A stretch of DNA of 64,000 bases from an uncultured Lachnospiraceae bacterium (GTDB lineage Bacteria > Bacillota > Clostridia > Christensenellales > UBA1242). Positions within the stretch are counted from its first letter, which is position 1, and each line of letters opens with the position of its first letter. The position numbers and the translations under genes are program-made. Positions 31,510 to 42,600 of the stretch are shown one piece after another. Below the pieces are notes generated by a model that saw only the letters and a list, made by a program, of their open reading frames with translations, did no database searches and was not told where the DNA came from. The stretch lies in the NCBI GenBank assembly GCA_964653635.1, contig CAZZGZ010000003.1, forward strand, positions 8,438 to 72,437, given 5' to 3'.

Positions 31510-31751
31510 TTTACTACTATTCTTAATTGTGTGACTATCATTTATATGTATGCAACTTGCCAAACACAAATTTAAAAATAATAAAACTATAATAACTTAT
31601 AACTTTACTTTATTTAATTATAGGTTTATGCAAATATAACTTTGAGTATATTACTTGCAAATTTTATTTAAAAATTAAAAAAAATCGAAAATTTTGTGTC
31701 AATTTTGTTAAAAAAGTGATAAATTTTTTCAATTTTTAATATTTAAAAATT

Positions 31752-33431
31752 TTAGATTACTGTGAGGTAATCGTAAGCATATTCCCCAGATGAAGTTTCA
31801 TATGTTGGAGTTTTTCCAGTTGGACCAACCACCGAACAACCATTGAACATCAAATTATAACTATATCCTTCTTCACCATTATACATTATCCAGCCAGTTT
31901 GCGTCTCTTCGTCAAATTCAGACACATAAATTGTCTGCATGCTAGAACACAATCCAAACATATACTCCATATTAGTGACGTTTATTGTGTTAAATGAGGT
32001 CAAATCCAACTCTGTAAGCAAGCTACAATTATAGAACATATAACTCATATCTGTTACATTTGAAGTGTCAAAACGAGACAAATCAATGTCTGTTAATACA
32101 GGACAATTCCAAAACATATATTCCATGTTTGTTACATTTGAGGTATCCCAGCCATCGCCAAGAATTATTTGTTTAAGCTTGCTACATTCTGCAAACATAC
32201 CACCACGTATGCTCCAATATAAATTCCCCATTCTAAGACAACTTGACGTATTAAAATAGGTCAAGTCTATAACCTCAAGAGAATAGCACCTTGAAAACAT
32301 ACCCGCCATATCAGTAACATTTTCACAAGTGAAGTCTTTATCAAAAGTGACACTCATCAAGTTCTTGCACTCTCTAAACATCCTATGTGTGGATAAAAGA
32401 CTTGCTGAGCTCCAACCTGTTAAATCTATATTTATAAAACCTGTATTTTGAAATATTCCATTTGATGTGTTGCCTGAACCTAAATACGTACCAAAATATT
32501 TAACTTTGGAAGTGTTAAACAAAGCTAGATCAATTCCGTTCTCGTTAAGACTTGTGCAATTTGCAAACATCCCAGACATATCTGTGACGTTAGATGTGTC
32601 CCATTCACTGCCAAGAATAATAGATGTTAAATTAGAACAACCATAAAACATTGCAGACATACTAGTTACATTTGAGGTATTGAAACTTGACAAATCTATA
32701 CTTGTTAAATTAGAACATACGGAAAACATCCCAAATTCAACCCAAGATTGCGTCCCCATATTTGTTACTTTTGATGTGTTAAAAGAAGTCATATTAAGGC
32801 TAGTAAGAGCTGTGCAGTTAGAAAACATTCCAACCATATTTGTAACATTAGATGTATCAAAATTTGTCCACTTAGTAAAATCTAGTGAAGTCAGTTTTTT
32901 ACAACTGGCAAACATATACCTCATATTCGTAACATTGTGAGTGTCAAAATTAGATAAATCTATACTTTCCAAAGAAGAAAGCCCACCAAACATCCCTTTG
33001 CAGGTGTATACACCTAAGATTTTCCCTGTATCCCCACCCATATTAGTAACATTAGATGTATCAAAGGTTGAAACATTAAGTGTTGTAAGTGAAATGCAAT
33101 TACCAAACATGGACTCCATATTGGTAACTTTTGAGGTGATAAAATTTGGAAATTTAGTAAAATCTAACGAAGTAAGAGTTTGACAAGAAAAGAACATCTC
33201 CCCCATGTTTGTTACATTTGACGTGTCAAAACTAGATAAATCTAAGGATGATAGCGAAGAACAACCTGTAAAGAGGTATGTCATGTTTGTTACGTTTGAC
33301 GTATTAAAACTAGATAAATCTAAAAATTCTAACATAGAACAAGAATAAAACATATAGCGCATACTGGTGACGTTTTCAGTGTCAAAGTTACTCAAATTTA
33401 AAGAAGTTAACATAGAACAACCATAAAACAT
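31752..33431 (-). CDS. DUF285 / 26-residue-repeat (BspA-family) surface-protein repeat ORF. It lacks a signal peptide and any non-repeat N-terminus, so it may be a gene fragment.
   Basis: About 20 copies of the 26-aa unit LDLSxFNTSNVTNMxxMFxGCSSLTS. The ORF begins inside a repeat (MFYGCSMLTSLNLSNFDTENVT). An in-frame TAA lies 6 codons upstream. Confidence 0.65.
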   Translation of the reverse strand: MFYGCSMLTSLNLSNFDTENVTSMRYMFYSCSMLEFLDLSSFNTSNVTNMTYLFTGCSSLSSLDLSSFDTSNVTNMGEMFFSCQTLTSLDFTKFPNFITSKVTNMESMFGNCISLTTLNVSTFDTSNVTNMGGDTGKILGVYTCKGMFGGLSSLESIDLSNFDTHNVTNMRYMFASCKKLTSLDFTKWTNFDTSNVTNMVGMFSNCTALTSLNMTSFNTSKVTNMGTQSWVEFGMFSVCSNLTSIDLSSFNTSNVTSMSAMFYGCSNLTSIILGSEWDTSNVTDMSGMFANCTSLNENGIDLALFNTSKVKYFGTYLGSGNTSNGIFQNTGFINIDLTGWSSASLLSTHRMFRECKNLMSVTFDKDFTCENVTDMAGMFSRCYSLEVIDLTYFNTSSCLRMGNLYWSIRGGMFAECSKLKQIILGDGWDTSNVTNMEYMFWNCPVLTDIDLSRFDTSNVTDMSYMFYNCSLLTELDLTSFNTINVTNMEYMFGLCSSMQTIYVSEFDEETQTGWIMYNGEEGYSYNLMFNGCSVVGPTGKTPTYETSSGEYAYDYLTVI

Positions 33432-33453
33432 AAAGCAAATGCAAACAATTTAA

Positions 33454-33490
33454 AATAAAAAAACAACCGAGAGTTTGTTATTCGGTTGTT
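33454..33490 (-). terminator. Intrinsic terminator after the 3143-aa gene
   Basis: AACAACCGA/TCGGTTGTT stem with an 11-nt loop, followed on the minus strand by TTTTTTTATTTT. Confidence 0.7.
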
Positions 33491-33647
33491 TTTATACTAA
33501 ATTTTATTCTTCATCTTTTAAAGTAGTTTTAATATTTATTGTTAGCAGTTATTTTTGGCTTGCATTTGTAACTAGTAATAATTTGATACCAGTTAAAATC
33601 GTGGTATTGTTTCGTGGATTGGTATTTTAAATATGGCTACATCCTTC

Positions 33648-36600
33648 CTATTCGGACATGTTACTGCTGTTATCCATAGTTTTCATCTTCTTTCTTCTTA
33701 TTATACCAGAAACAGCTAATATCACAATAATATCCGACAAAACTGCTATGAGTGTAATGTAAATCCATTTATTTCCGCCCTCGTCTTTAACTTTTGCGAC
33801 TACAAGAGTGATTTGACTACCACTTTCCAAGTTTATTTTGCCATTAGAAACATTGAGTTTGACCAATTCGCCATTTTGCAAAATGTAGAATGCGGTGTCG
33901 TCTTCATACTCTGAAACATCGAAAGATATGCTTAGTCCTTCCAGTTGTTGAGTTGTGCCATCGTCACTTTGCAAGGTTGCAACGATAACCTTTTCAATGT
34001 TTTTGATTTTGTTGTAATTTTCTCCCAGCGTTTCATAAATTTCAATACCATCTGTGATTTCTTGTACAACAAGTTGAACATCGTTAGCAAAACCATCTGT
34101 GTTTTCAAAAGTGAACTCCCCTTGAGTAATCGTTCTTCTCAAAACTTCCAAAGAGCATTCATATGTTCTTTCTGTAGCAGTGTTGGTGTATGAAATTATC
34201 AAATCTTGTTGTAATGACAAAGTTTCCCCATCTGCAACATTTGTAGAAAAGTTGATAATGTCTTCGGTGTCCCCATTGTTATAAATTGCTTTAACGGAAA
34301 TTGTACTAATATTAAATGCGTTGCCATCGACAAGATTTTCTGAACTTGTCGCCTCAATCCTATCAATTACAATGTTAATTCCCTCAATTGTGACTGAGCC
34401 TGTAATAGTGTTATAGTTGTTCCTGTCGGTTGGCGTGAAGATGTATGAATAGGAATTGCTCCCTGCGGTGATTTTGTTTGGAGTGAAAGTAAATTCTCCT
34501 TCAGTATCCCCACTTGCAAGTGTAATCGAAACGCTCGTTCCAACAAATGCAGATAAATCTTCGCCTATTGTCAAAATTGGATCTGCTTTTGTGATTGTGA
34601 ATTCTTTTGTTATTGAGCCAATTATATTCTCGTTATTTGAAGAAACTGTCATTGTAGCTGTACCTGCGTTTAAGTTGTCTACATAAGTCACTATATAATT
34701 TGCAACCTCAATTTCCACTTCATCCATTGAAAGAGAAATTTCTTGTGTCACATAATCGCCATAATTATAGGTTAAACTTTCCTCAAAACCCGAAATGGTT
34801 GCCTCTGACAAATCAATTTTGTTCACAACGAAAGTAATCGATTTTAAATCCTTAAAATTCCCTTGACCTGTGATTGTAATTGTCTTTTCTCCAGCATTTA
34901 AGCAGTCCTCTGAATATCCCACAATATAATCGACACCACTTGTCAGTTTTTTCTGTGTCTGTCCGTCTTCTTCGAAATATCCAAAAACATGAACCTCAAT
35001 TTCAGGGTTGATTTCATGACCTGAAAAGTAATATGAATTTTCAACGCCGGTGATAGTTGCATTGACAAGAGAAAGCCTTAAAATGTTGAATTGTGCATTA
35101 AAAGTCCCATAATAGTTGCCGTTCGCACAAGCGGTAACAACGACTGTTGCAACACCATAATCAATGTTGTTAGAATAGGTCGCCTCGTAGTCAGTCCCGC
35201 TTTCAAGTGTAATACTTCCATAAATTATAGTTAAATCTGGTTTGATTTCATATCCAGTGTAAGTTTGACTTGAAATTTCTGTAAGCATAGAATATTCCAA
35301 AGTTTTCTTAGCAATTTCAAAAGTTATATTTTTTTGAGAGTCTCCAACAAAATTTGAGGATTTTGCTGTTATCGTTAAAGTCCCCGTACCAGCATTTATG
35401 TTATTTGCATATGATACTGTGAAGTCAACACCATTTTCCAGTGTGATATAACCATATTTAACTGTAAATGAAGGTTGAATTTCACTACCGGTGTAGACGA
35501 TTTTGCTGTCTGTTATTGTCACAACGATGTCGCTATCTGCCAAAGATTTCGCCAATATCGAATAGGTTCTTTCCGTTGTCCCACTAAAGTTGTTTGTCCC
35601 CTTAATCGTGATTGTGATAGTTTGAACATCCACAAATGATGAAGTGGAATATGAGCAAACAAAATCATTTGAAGTTAAAACATAACTATTGAGTTTAATT
35701 TCAGGAGTTACAATATGACTTTGCCCGTCATATGTGATGTCGTCAATGGTGCTGATGCTTACACTCGTGTCATCTATATCTCGTGCGGAAATTGTGAATG
35801 AGCTACTCATAGTGCCAACATAATTTTCCTTAAACACAACAATAATGCGTGCTGTGTCCACACCTGCTGAGATGTTATTTTCATAGGACACATCATAATA
35901 ATCAGCAGAAAGTTCGCTTTCTGAGCCCACAAACTTCACGGTCACATTTGGTTTGATTGCACTGCCCGTGAAAATATACTCTCCACTTTCCACAACAATT
36001 TCAAAGGATGTTGTTGAGGCAACCGATTGAGAGATTTTGAAGGTTGTGGAAGTTTGCTCGCAGAAATTACCACATCCATTGATTATCACCGTTGCAGTGC
36101 CATAGTTTGTGTTATTTGAATAACTCAAAGTGAAAGGCGTTGTGGCATCAGTGTTTGTATATAAGATTGAATTGTAAACGATTATAACATTTGGTGTGAC
36201 TTCTCCGCCCGTGTATCCCTGTTCTGCAATTGGACGGATAGATATATCGCTGTCTGCAAGGGATTTTGGAGTAATGGTGAAGTTTTGAGTTATACTTCCA
36301 GTATAGTTTCCCTTCCCTGTGATTGTTATAGATGCGCCACTAGTCACAACCTCATTTTCATATGCAACATTGATATTGTTTAAATAACTGATATCAAAGT
36401 TGGCAGTACTGAGTGATACATTTCGTGTTTTGTCAACAATTTCAAACGACAAAGTGATTTCATTTCCAGTGTAAACAAAACTCAAATTATCAAAAGTCGT
36501 TGTAAAGCGTGTTGAATCGTCAATACTTGCAGGAGTGATTGAATATGAATATGTATTAATCGTTCCAGAAAAATTACCACATCCTGTGACTACTATATAA

Positions 36601-39600
36601 ATTGTTCCAACATTGATGAAATCTGTTGTGGCAACGTAATTTTCACCATCCAAACACTTGTATGCAATGGTAAAATCAGTGTTTTCAACCAAAGTTACTT
36701 CGCCAAGTGTGAGGATAGGAACAAGTTTGCGTTCAAGCCCGTTATAGACAACATCTGAAATTGTGCCTTTTGTAACTGTATCACTTGTTATAGTTAGAGG
36801 TGTTATTTTGAAACTTCGTGACACCGTTCCAGTGTAATTGCCAGTTCCAGTGATTGTCACATATGCCCCTGCAATAACCTCTCCGTCTGAATAGGTGACA
36901 TTTATATTGTTTAAATAGGTTGTCGAAAATGACGAAATTGAGGTTTCCCCGTCTTTGATGGTGATAGTTGTAGTGATTTCACTTCCAGTGTAGACGAATT
37001 CAGTTTGTGCAAGTGAAATTTCAAAGCGTGAAGTGTCGGAGATATCCGCTGTGACAATTTGATAAACAAAACTCAAATCATCGGCAAAATTTCCAAGTCC
37101 AGACACTGTGATAGTCACCGTTCCAACATTTATCCTATCACTTGAATATGAAACGCTGTAATCCGTGTTTTCGATTAAAGATGTGCTGTTGAATGTTAAA
37201 GTTATGCTCTTTGAGGTGATGGAACCTGTGTATGTTTCATCGGTGAGAACATATTTTCCACCAGACAGGGTCCCATTTTTAGTGATGGTTGACGAGGTAA
37301 GTGAAAGCGGAGTAATACTATATTCGATGGAAGTCGTGTTTTTAAAATTCCCTATGCCAGTAATTACAATCCTTATTCTGCCAACATTGACAAAATCTGA
37401 AGTTTCGTTGTAGTCACTTCCCTCATAACGCTGATATTGTATCGTGTAATCACTGCTAAGGACAAGCCCCAACCCATTAAACGAAAGATTTACATCTTGC
37501 TTTCTTGAACTTGCGTTGTAAACTAAATCTGCAAGGGTAACAACACTTGCCTCACTGATATCTCTTTGTTCAATCGTGAATGTTGCAGTTACTGTGCCGG
37601 TATAATTGTTCACACCGGTTATTGTCACAAGTGCATTTTCGCCAGCATTTACGTTGTTTGAATATGTGATTGAGTATTCCAAATTAACAGTTAGCATCTT
37701 GCTATCCAAAACAACACTTAAAACGGCAGGAGTTTTTTCAGTTCCGTCATAGGTGAGGGTTGTGTCGTCCAAAGTCACAACTGCATCAGTTATTGGTGCA
37801 GGATTGATGGTGAAAATCAAGCTGACGACACTCGTGAAGTTATTTATACCTTTAAAGAAAACGTTTGCCTTTCCAGCGTCAGTGTTAGCATAGTAGCCAT
37901 CGGTTACCTCCAAAATATTGGTTGCTCCCGCCTCTTTTGCCTCTTCTTCTGAATCATATCCTATCTCATTGTCAAGGTCATAATAGCCTGTAAAAATTGC
38001 AAAATCAGTACCCCAGCTAAGAGTTTGATAGCCTGTGATTCCATCTTTGTCTGACATATAAATTTGCAAAGTTAAATCGCTTGAAGTAAGTTCGATTGCA
38101 CTGCCGGTGTAAGTTTTGTCAGTGATTGTATATTTCATCTCACTACCTATAAGCTCTCTTGCAACGACCTTATAGGTTTTAGTAACAACACCTGTGAAGT
38201 TTCCAGTTCCAGTTGTGGTCACAACATAATCTCCCACCTCGCTGAAAATTTCAAGAGAAAGTCCGTTGGCATTAGAAATACCAAAAGTGTAGTCAGTTGT
38301 TACAGTCAATTCAACTTTCTCGTTTGCATGATTTACAAAAGTGATGATTGGTTTCACGCTGTGCCCAACATAAGTTTGGTCGCCGTTATTAATTTCTTTT
38401 GAAATGGCATCATAATAATCAATCGTAAGGTCGTTGATGTTCACTGTGGAAATTGAGAAATTCACTGCAATTTCGCCATCTCCGTTCTTAAAGTTGGAGT
38501 TTTCCGTAGCGTTGATTTTCACGGTTATCGTTCCAGCAGAGGTGTAATCAGTTGTTTGCGAATTACCACGATAATACGAAACATCATACTCATTTACTCC
38601 TAGCACAAGTCCACCCTCTGCCAAAACTCTTGAAATAGTTGGCTGATGAGTGTTGCCGTCATAGGTTGCCGATATACTTACAAGGCTGACTGCCAAAATC
38701 TCCGCCTTATTAATGACAAATTTGCAAGTTGCAGTTCCTTCGAAATTGCCAGTGGCAGAAGAAATTGTGATTGTGATTGTTCCCGCATTGACAAGACTTG
38801 CAGAGTAGCCCACTCTGTATTCGTTTTCCAAAACAGTAAGCCCGCCTTTGCTTGTCACACTTGTGATTTTCACCTCATGTGCTTGTGCGTTGTATGTTGC
38901 AGAGTAACTTTCCAGCGTGACAGAAGAAATTGTGTCAGCAATAATGGTAAACTGCTCGCTTACTGTACCAGTGTAGTTGCCCTTTCCTGTCAAAGTCAAG
39001 GTTGCACTGCCAGCATTTATGTTATTTAGATATGAAACAGAATAATCGTCTGTGTCAAGTGTGTAGTTTAAATCCTCATCGGTTGCAGTGAAAGTTGGAG
39101 TTTTCTCTTTGCGGTCAAAAGTGTATGTTCCAGAAATTGTAAGTGTGACATTTGAGAGGTTTCTTGCTGTGATTTGATATGTAACCACCTTCAAGCCCGT
39201 ATAACTTCCCATACCGGTTATGGTCACAGACACAACGCCAACGTTAATCAAATCGTCTGAAAAGACAAGCGTGTAATCAGTGTTTTCAATCAAAGTTGTT
39301 CCACCCAAAACAACGGAAATTGTTGTCTTGTTTGTTTCGCCGTTATATACAACATCAGGAGCGTTGACAACAGCGGAAGCAAGTGTTTGTGAAGTGATGT
39401 TAAATGTTATTTCTTTTGTCCCTTGATAGTTTCCACTGCCGGTAATTGTCACACTGCCATTGCCAACAGAAATATTTTCGCCATAAGAAGTGATGGTGTA
39501 ATCCGTGCCACTTGTCAAAAGGGTTTTTACTGAATTGATATTGTCATAAACGGAAACACTAGGCTTGATTTGACTGCCAGTATACTCATAATCTGCAACT

Positions 39601-42600
39601 TCCACCGTGGTAAGAGAAATATCTTTCTTTAAAATGGTGAAAGTTTGTGTGAATGAGCCAGTGAAATTGCCAGTAAAGGTTATCAAAATCTTAGCAGAAT
39701 CGCTTGCGTTGACGTTGTCGGAGCAAGAATATGTGTAGTCCGTTCCGCTGACAAGTTCATTACCATTATAAGAAACTGTAAATGTTGGAATTTGTGACGT
39801 GCCGTCATAGGTGTGAGTTGAAGTCACCGAGGCCGTGGCAGAAGTGGAGATATCCAGTGCTTTGATTGTGATTGAGCCAGCAAGACTTCCAGAATAATTA
39901 TAACTGCTCCCGTTCTGCTTTGCATAAATTGAAACGCCAACAAAACCTGCATTGACAAAATCGGAAGGGGAATATGTGACGGAATAATCATCAGCTGAAA
40001 CGACTTTTCCGTTTGCGTCAAATACTTGAATGATAGGACTAATTGCCGTGCCAGAGTATTCAACTTCTAGTGCCGTGCCAGAATTTTCACCGATTGTGAT
40101 AGTAAATGATGAAAGTACGCCCGGTGAGATGACAAAGTTTTTAGAAATTGTGCCTTGATAGTTTCCAACGCCCGTCAAAACGATTGTGGCAGTGCCAGCA
40201 CTTGTGTTATTAGAATAGGTGCAAGTGTAACCCTCACTTTCCACAACGACTGAGCCATTTGAATAACTTGTCACCACACTTTGTATGGTCAAAGTTACCG
40301 CTTCCCCTGCATAGAAAATTTCCGTGCTTGCGTCACCTTCATAAGTGATACTCCCGCCGGTGATATCAAGTTTTGAAATTGTGAAGATTTTTGTTGCCGT
40401 GCCGGTGTAACTTCCACAGCCCGTTATAACAAGATAATATGTCCCTGCATCACGAAGTGAAGTCACAACATCTCCACTTGTCGAGCCTAAGTACCAAGCA
40501 TATGTAAAATCGGTGGTCTGTTCAAGGGTTCTACCCTCAACAGAAACAGAAAATGTTGGAGTTTGCTCCTCTTTGTTGTAAATAGTGGCACTTGACGACA
40601 TAGTAATGCTGTCAGCCGTGATTGTACCTTTGTTAATTGAGAAAGTTGCTGATTTAGATGAAGTGTAGTTTCCAATACCCGTCAAAATCACATAATATGT
40701 GCCTACTTCAGTTGGATTTGTCACAACTTCGCCGTCAGCGGTTGAGAAGTGATATGTAAGAGTATAATCTTTACCCTCTGTCAAAGTTGTACCACCAGCA
40801 ACCATTGTCACTGTTGGAATGTTTTCCTCACCATTGTACACAAACGAAGTGTCACTTAGAGTCAGTGTTCCACTTGACAAACTTATAGGTGCGATATAGA
40901 AAGTTGTGGACCTTGTGCCAGTGTAGTTTCCAAGCCCAGTGATAGTCAGTGTGGCAGTGCCAGCATTTGTGTTCTCTGAGAATAGATATGTGTAATCCGT
41001 CCCTGTCAAAGTCGTCTTACTTGCCCCGGTGTCCGTCACAGTGAATGATGGTGTGATTGCACTTCCGGTGTAACTTTGGTCAGCGATGTTTGAAATTGAG
41101 ATGGTTTCACCTGTAATATCCCTCTGTGTAATCGTGAAAGTAGACGTTGCAGAGCCATAATAACATCCCATACCGGCGATTGTAATTGTCACTGTTGAAC
41201 CAGCAGCTGTGTTAGATGAGAAAGCAAGTGTATAATCTGTATTCTCGGTCAAAGTCAAATCTGTGTCAACATCTTTCACGGTCACATCGACTATAAAAGT
41301 ACTTCCCGTCCACTGCACACTGCTCACGTGGGCAAATTCGAAATGGTCGGCGGTGATTTCCTTGATTATTCTAAATTCAAAAGATAGTGTACTATAATAA
41401 TCTCCATCACCAGTTATTGTCACACTTACAATGCCAACTGAAACGTTATCACCTATTTTTGTGATTGTGTAATCAGTGCCCTCGGTTAAAACGTAGTTTC
41501 CAAAGACGATTACTGGGCTAACTTCTTCACCTGTCCAATCCACATCTTCAAAAACTAGATCCACACTTTCCAAATCACGTTCATCAGCATCTTCCACTGC
41601 TGCATTTAAATTGAGATGAAGTGCAGGACGTACTGCGTAGGCAATATTTACATTACTTGAAGTGTAAGATGCGCCACCTAAATCCAAATAATAAGTTGTG
41701 CTTGCACTGTTATAAACTGCTGAGCGGAGCCATGAAGAATATGTGACATTTGACCTTTGCGACGTGGAAGTCCCCCAAAGTCCAACATAAGAGGAGCTGT
41801 ACCCAGTTTCTGCCACACTTGGAAGCCAAAGATAATCATTTGCCCATGTGTCACTTCCGAGAATACTTGCATAGTTGTAAGTTGAAGAATAAAATCCTGT
41901 ATCTGCCATACTAGTGGAGTAGGCATCATTAGAATAGTTGTATGTGGTGTTTTGAATGGTCTTAGAACTTTGTGTTTCCTGCCATGAAATCTTGCTAGGA
42001 GTGACAAGATATTTTGTCAAACTGCCTGCAATGTCCGTCATAGTGAATTTTGCAAACTCATTTGTCTCTGATTGAGTTGCTGTTAAAGTTTCAGTGTTAG
42101 AAGTTGCATACTCTCCACCCCCATTCAAAGTCACTGCACGAATATACGAGGTGCCATACATGTTAGATGGATATGTCACACCTGTTGAAGTGGAATACCA
42201 TCCACTTGACCAAGTTGAAGTGGAAGTGCTATTTGCAAGCCAAAGGGTGAGAATATCGTTGCCGTCAGAGTCCTTTGAAAGATACATCACCTGCCAAACA
42301 AGTCCGCCAAAGGTCACCAAAATATCGTTGTCAGAGGTCTTTCCCGCATAATCATTTTCCCTTATACCTGTCGCATTTAGGGTGCTTTCTGCCAAAGTGG
42401 AAATTGCACTCATATTGTCAACTGTCACAGTGGAATCATTAGAGATGACTTTTAAAAGTTTGCTTAAATTTGCCTTGTCAAATTTGTTTTGAGAGCTTAG
42501 ATATATATCGCCCACCGTGGTGATTGTGTAAAGAATTCTTACCGTGCCGGAGTAGTTTCCCGTGCCTTTTACCACAACATAATATACCCCTGCGTCCGAT

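Noticed and set aside
38646-39029. Track ORFs nested inside the giant gene, on the opposite strand or in other frames (for example 38646..39029, 41678..42007, 39824..40063, 42094..42351)
   Set aside because: They are short, low-complexity, and wholly contained in a much longer ORF with clear domain structure. They are typical spurious frames.
41604-41732. Calling this segment the active cognate VR of the DGR
   Set aside because: By my codon-by-codon count, 33 of 49 TR/VR mismatches are at non-adenine TR positions, including systematic synonymous differences. I report it only as VR-like and homologous.
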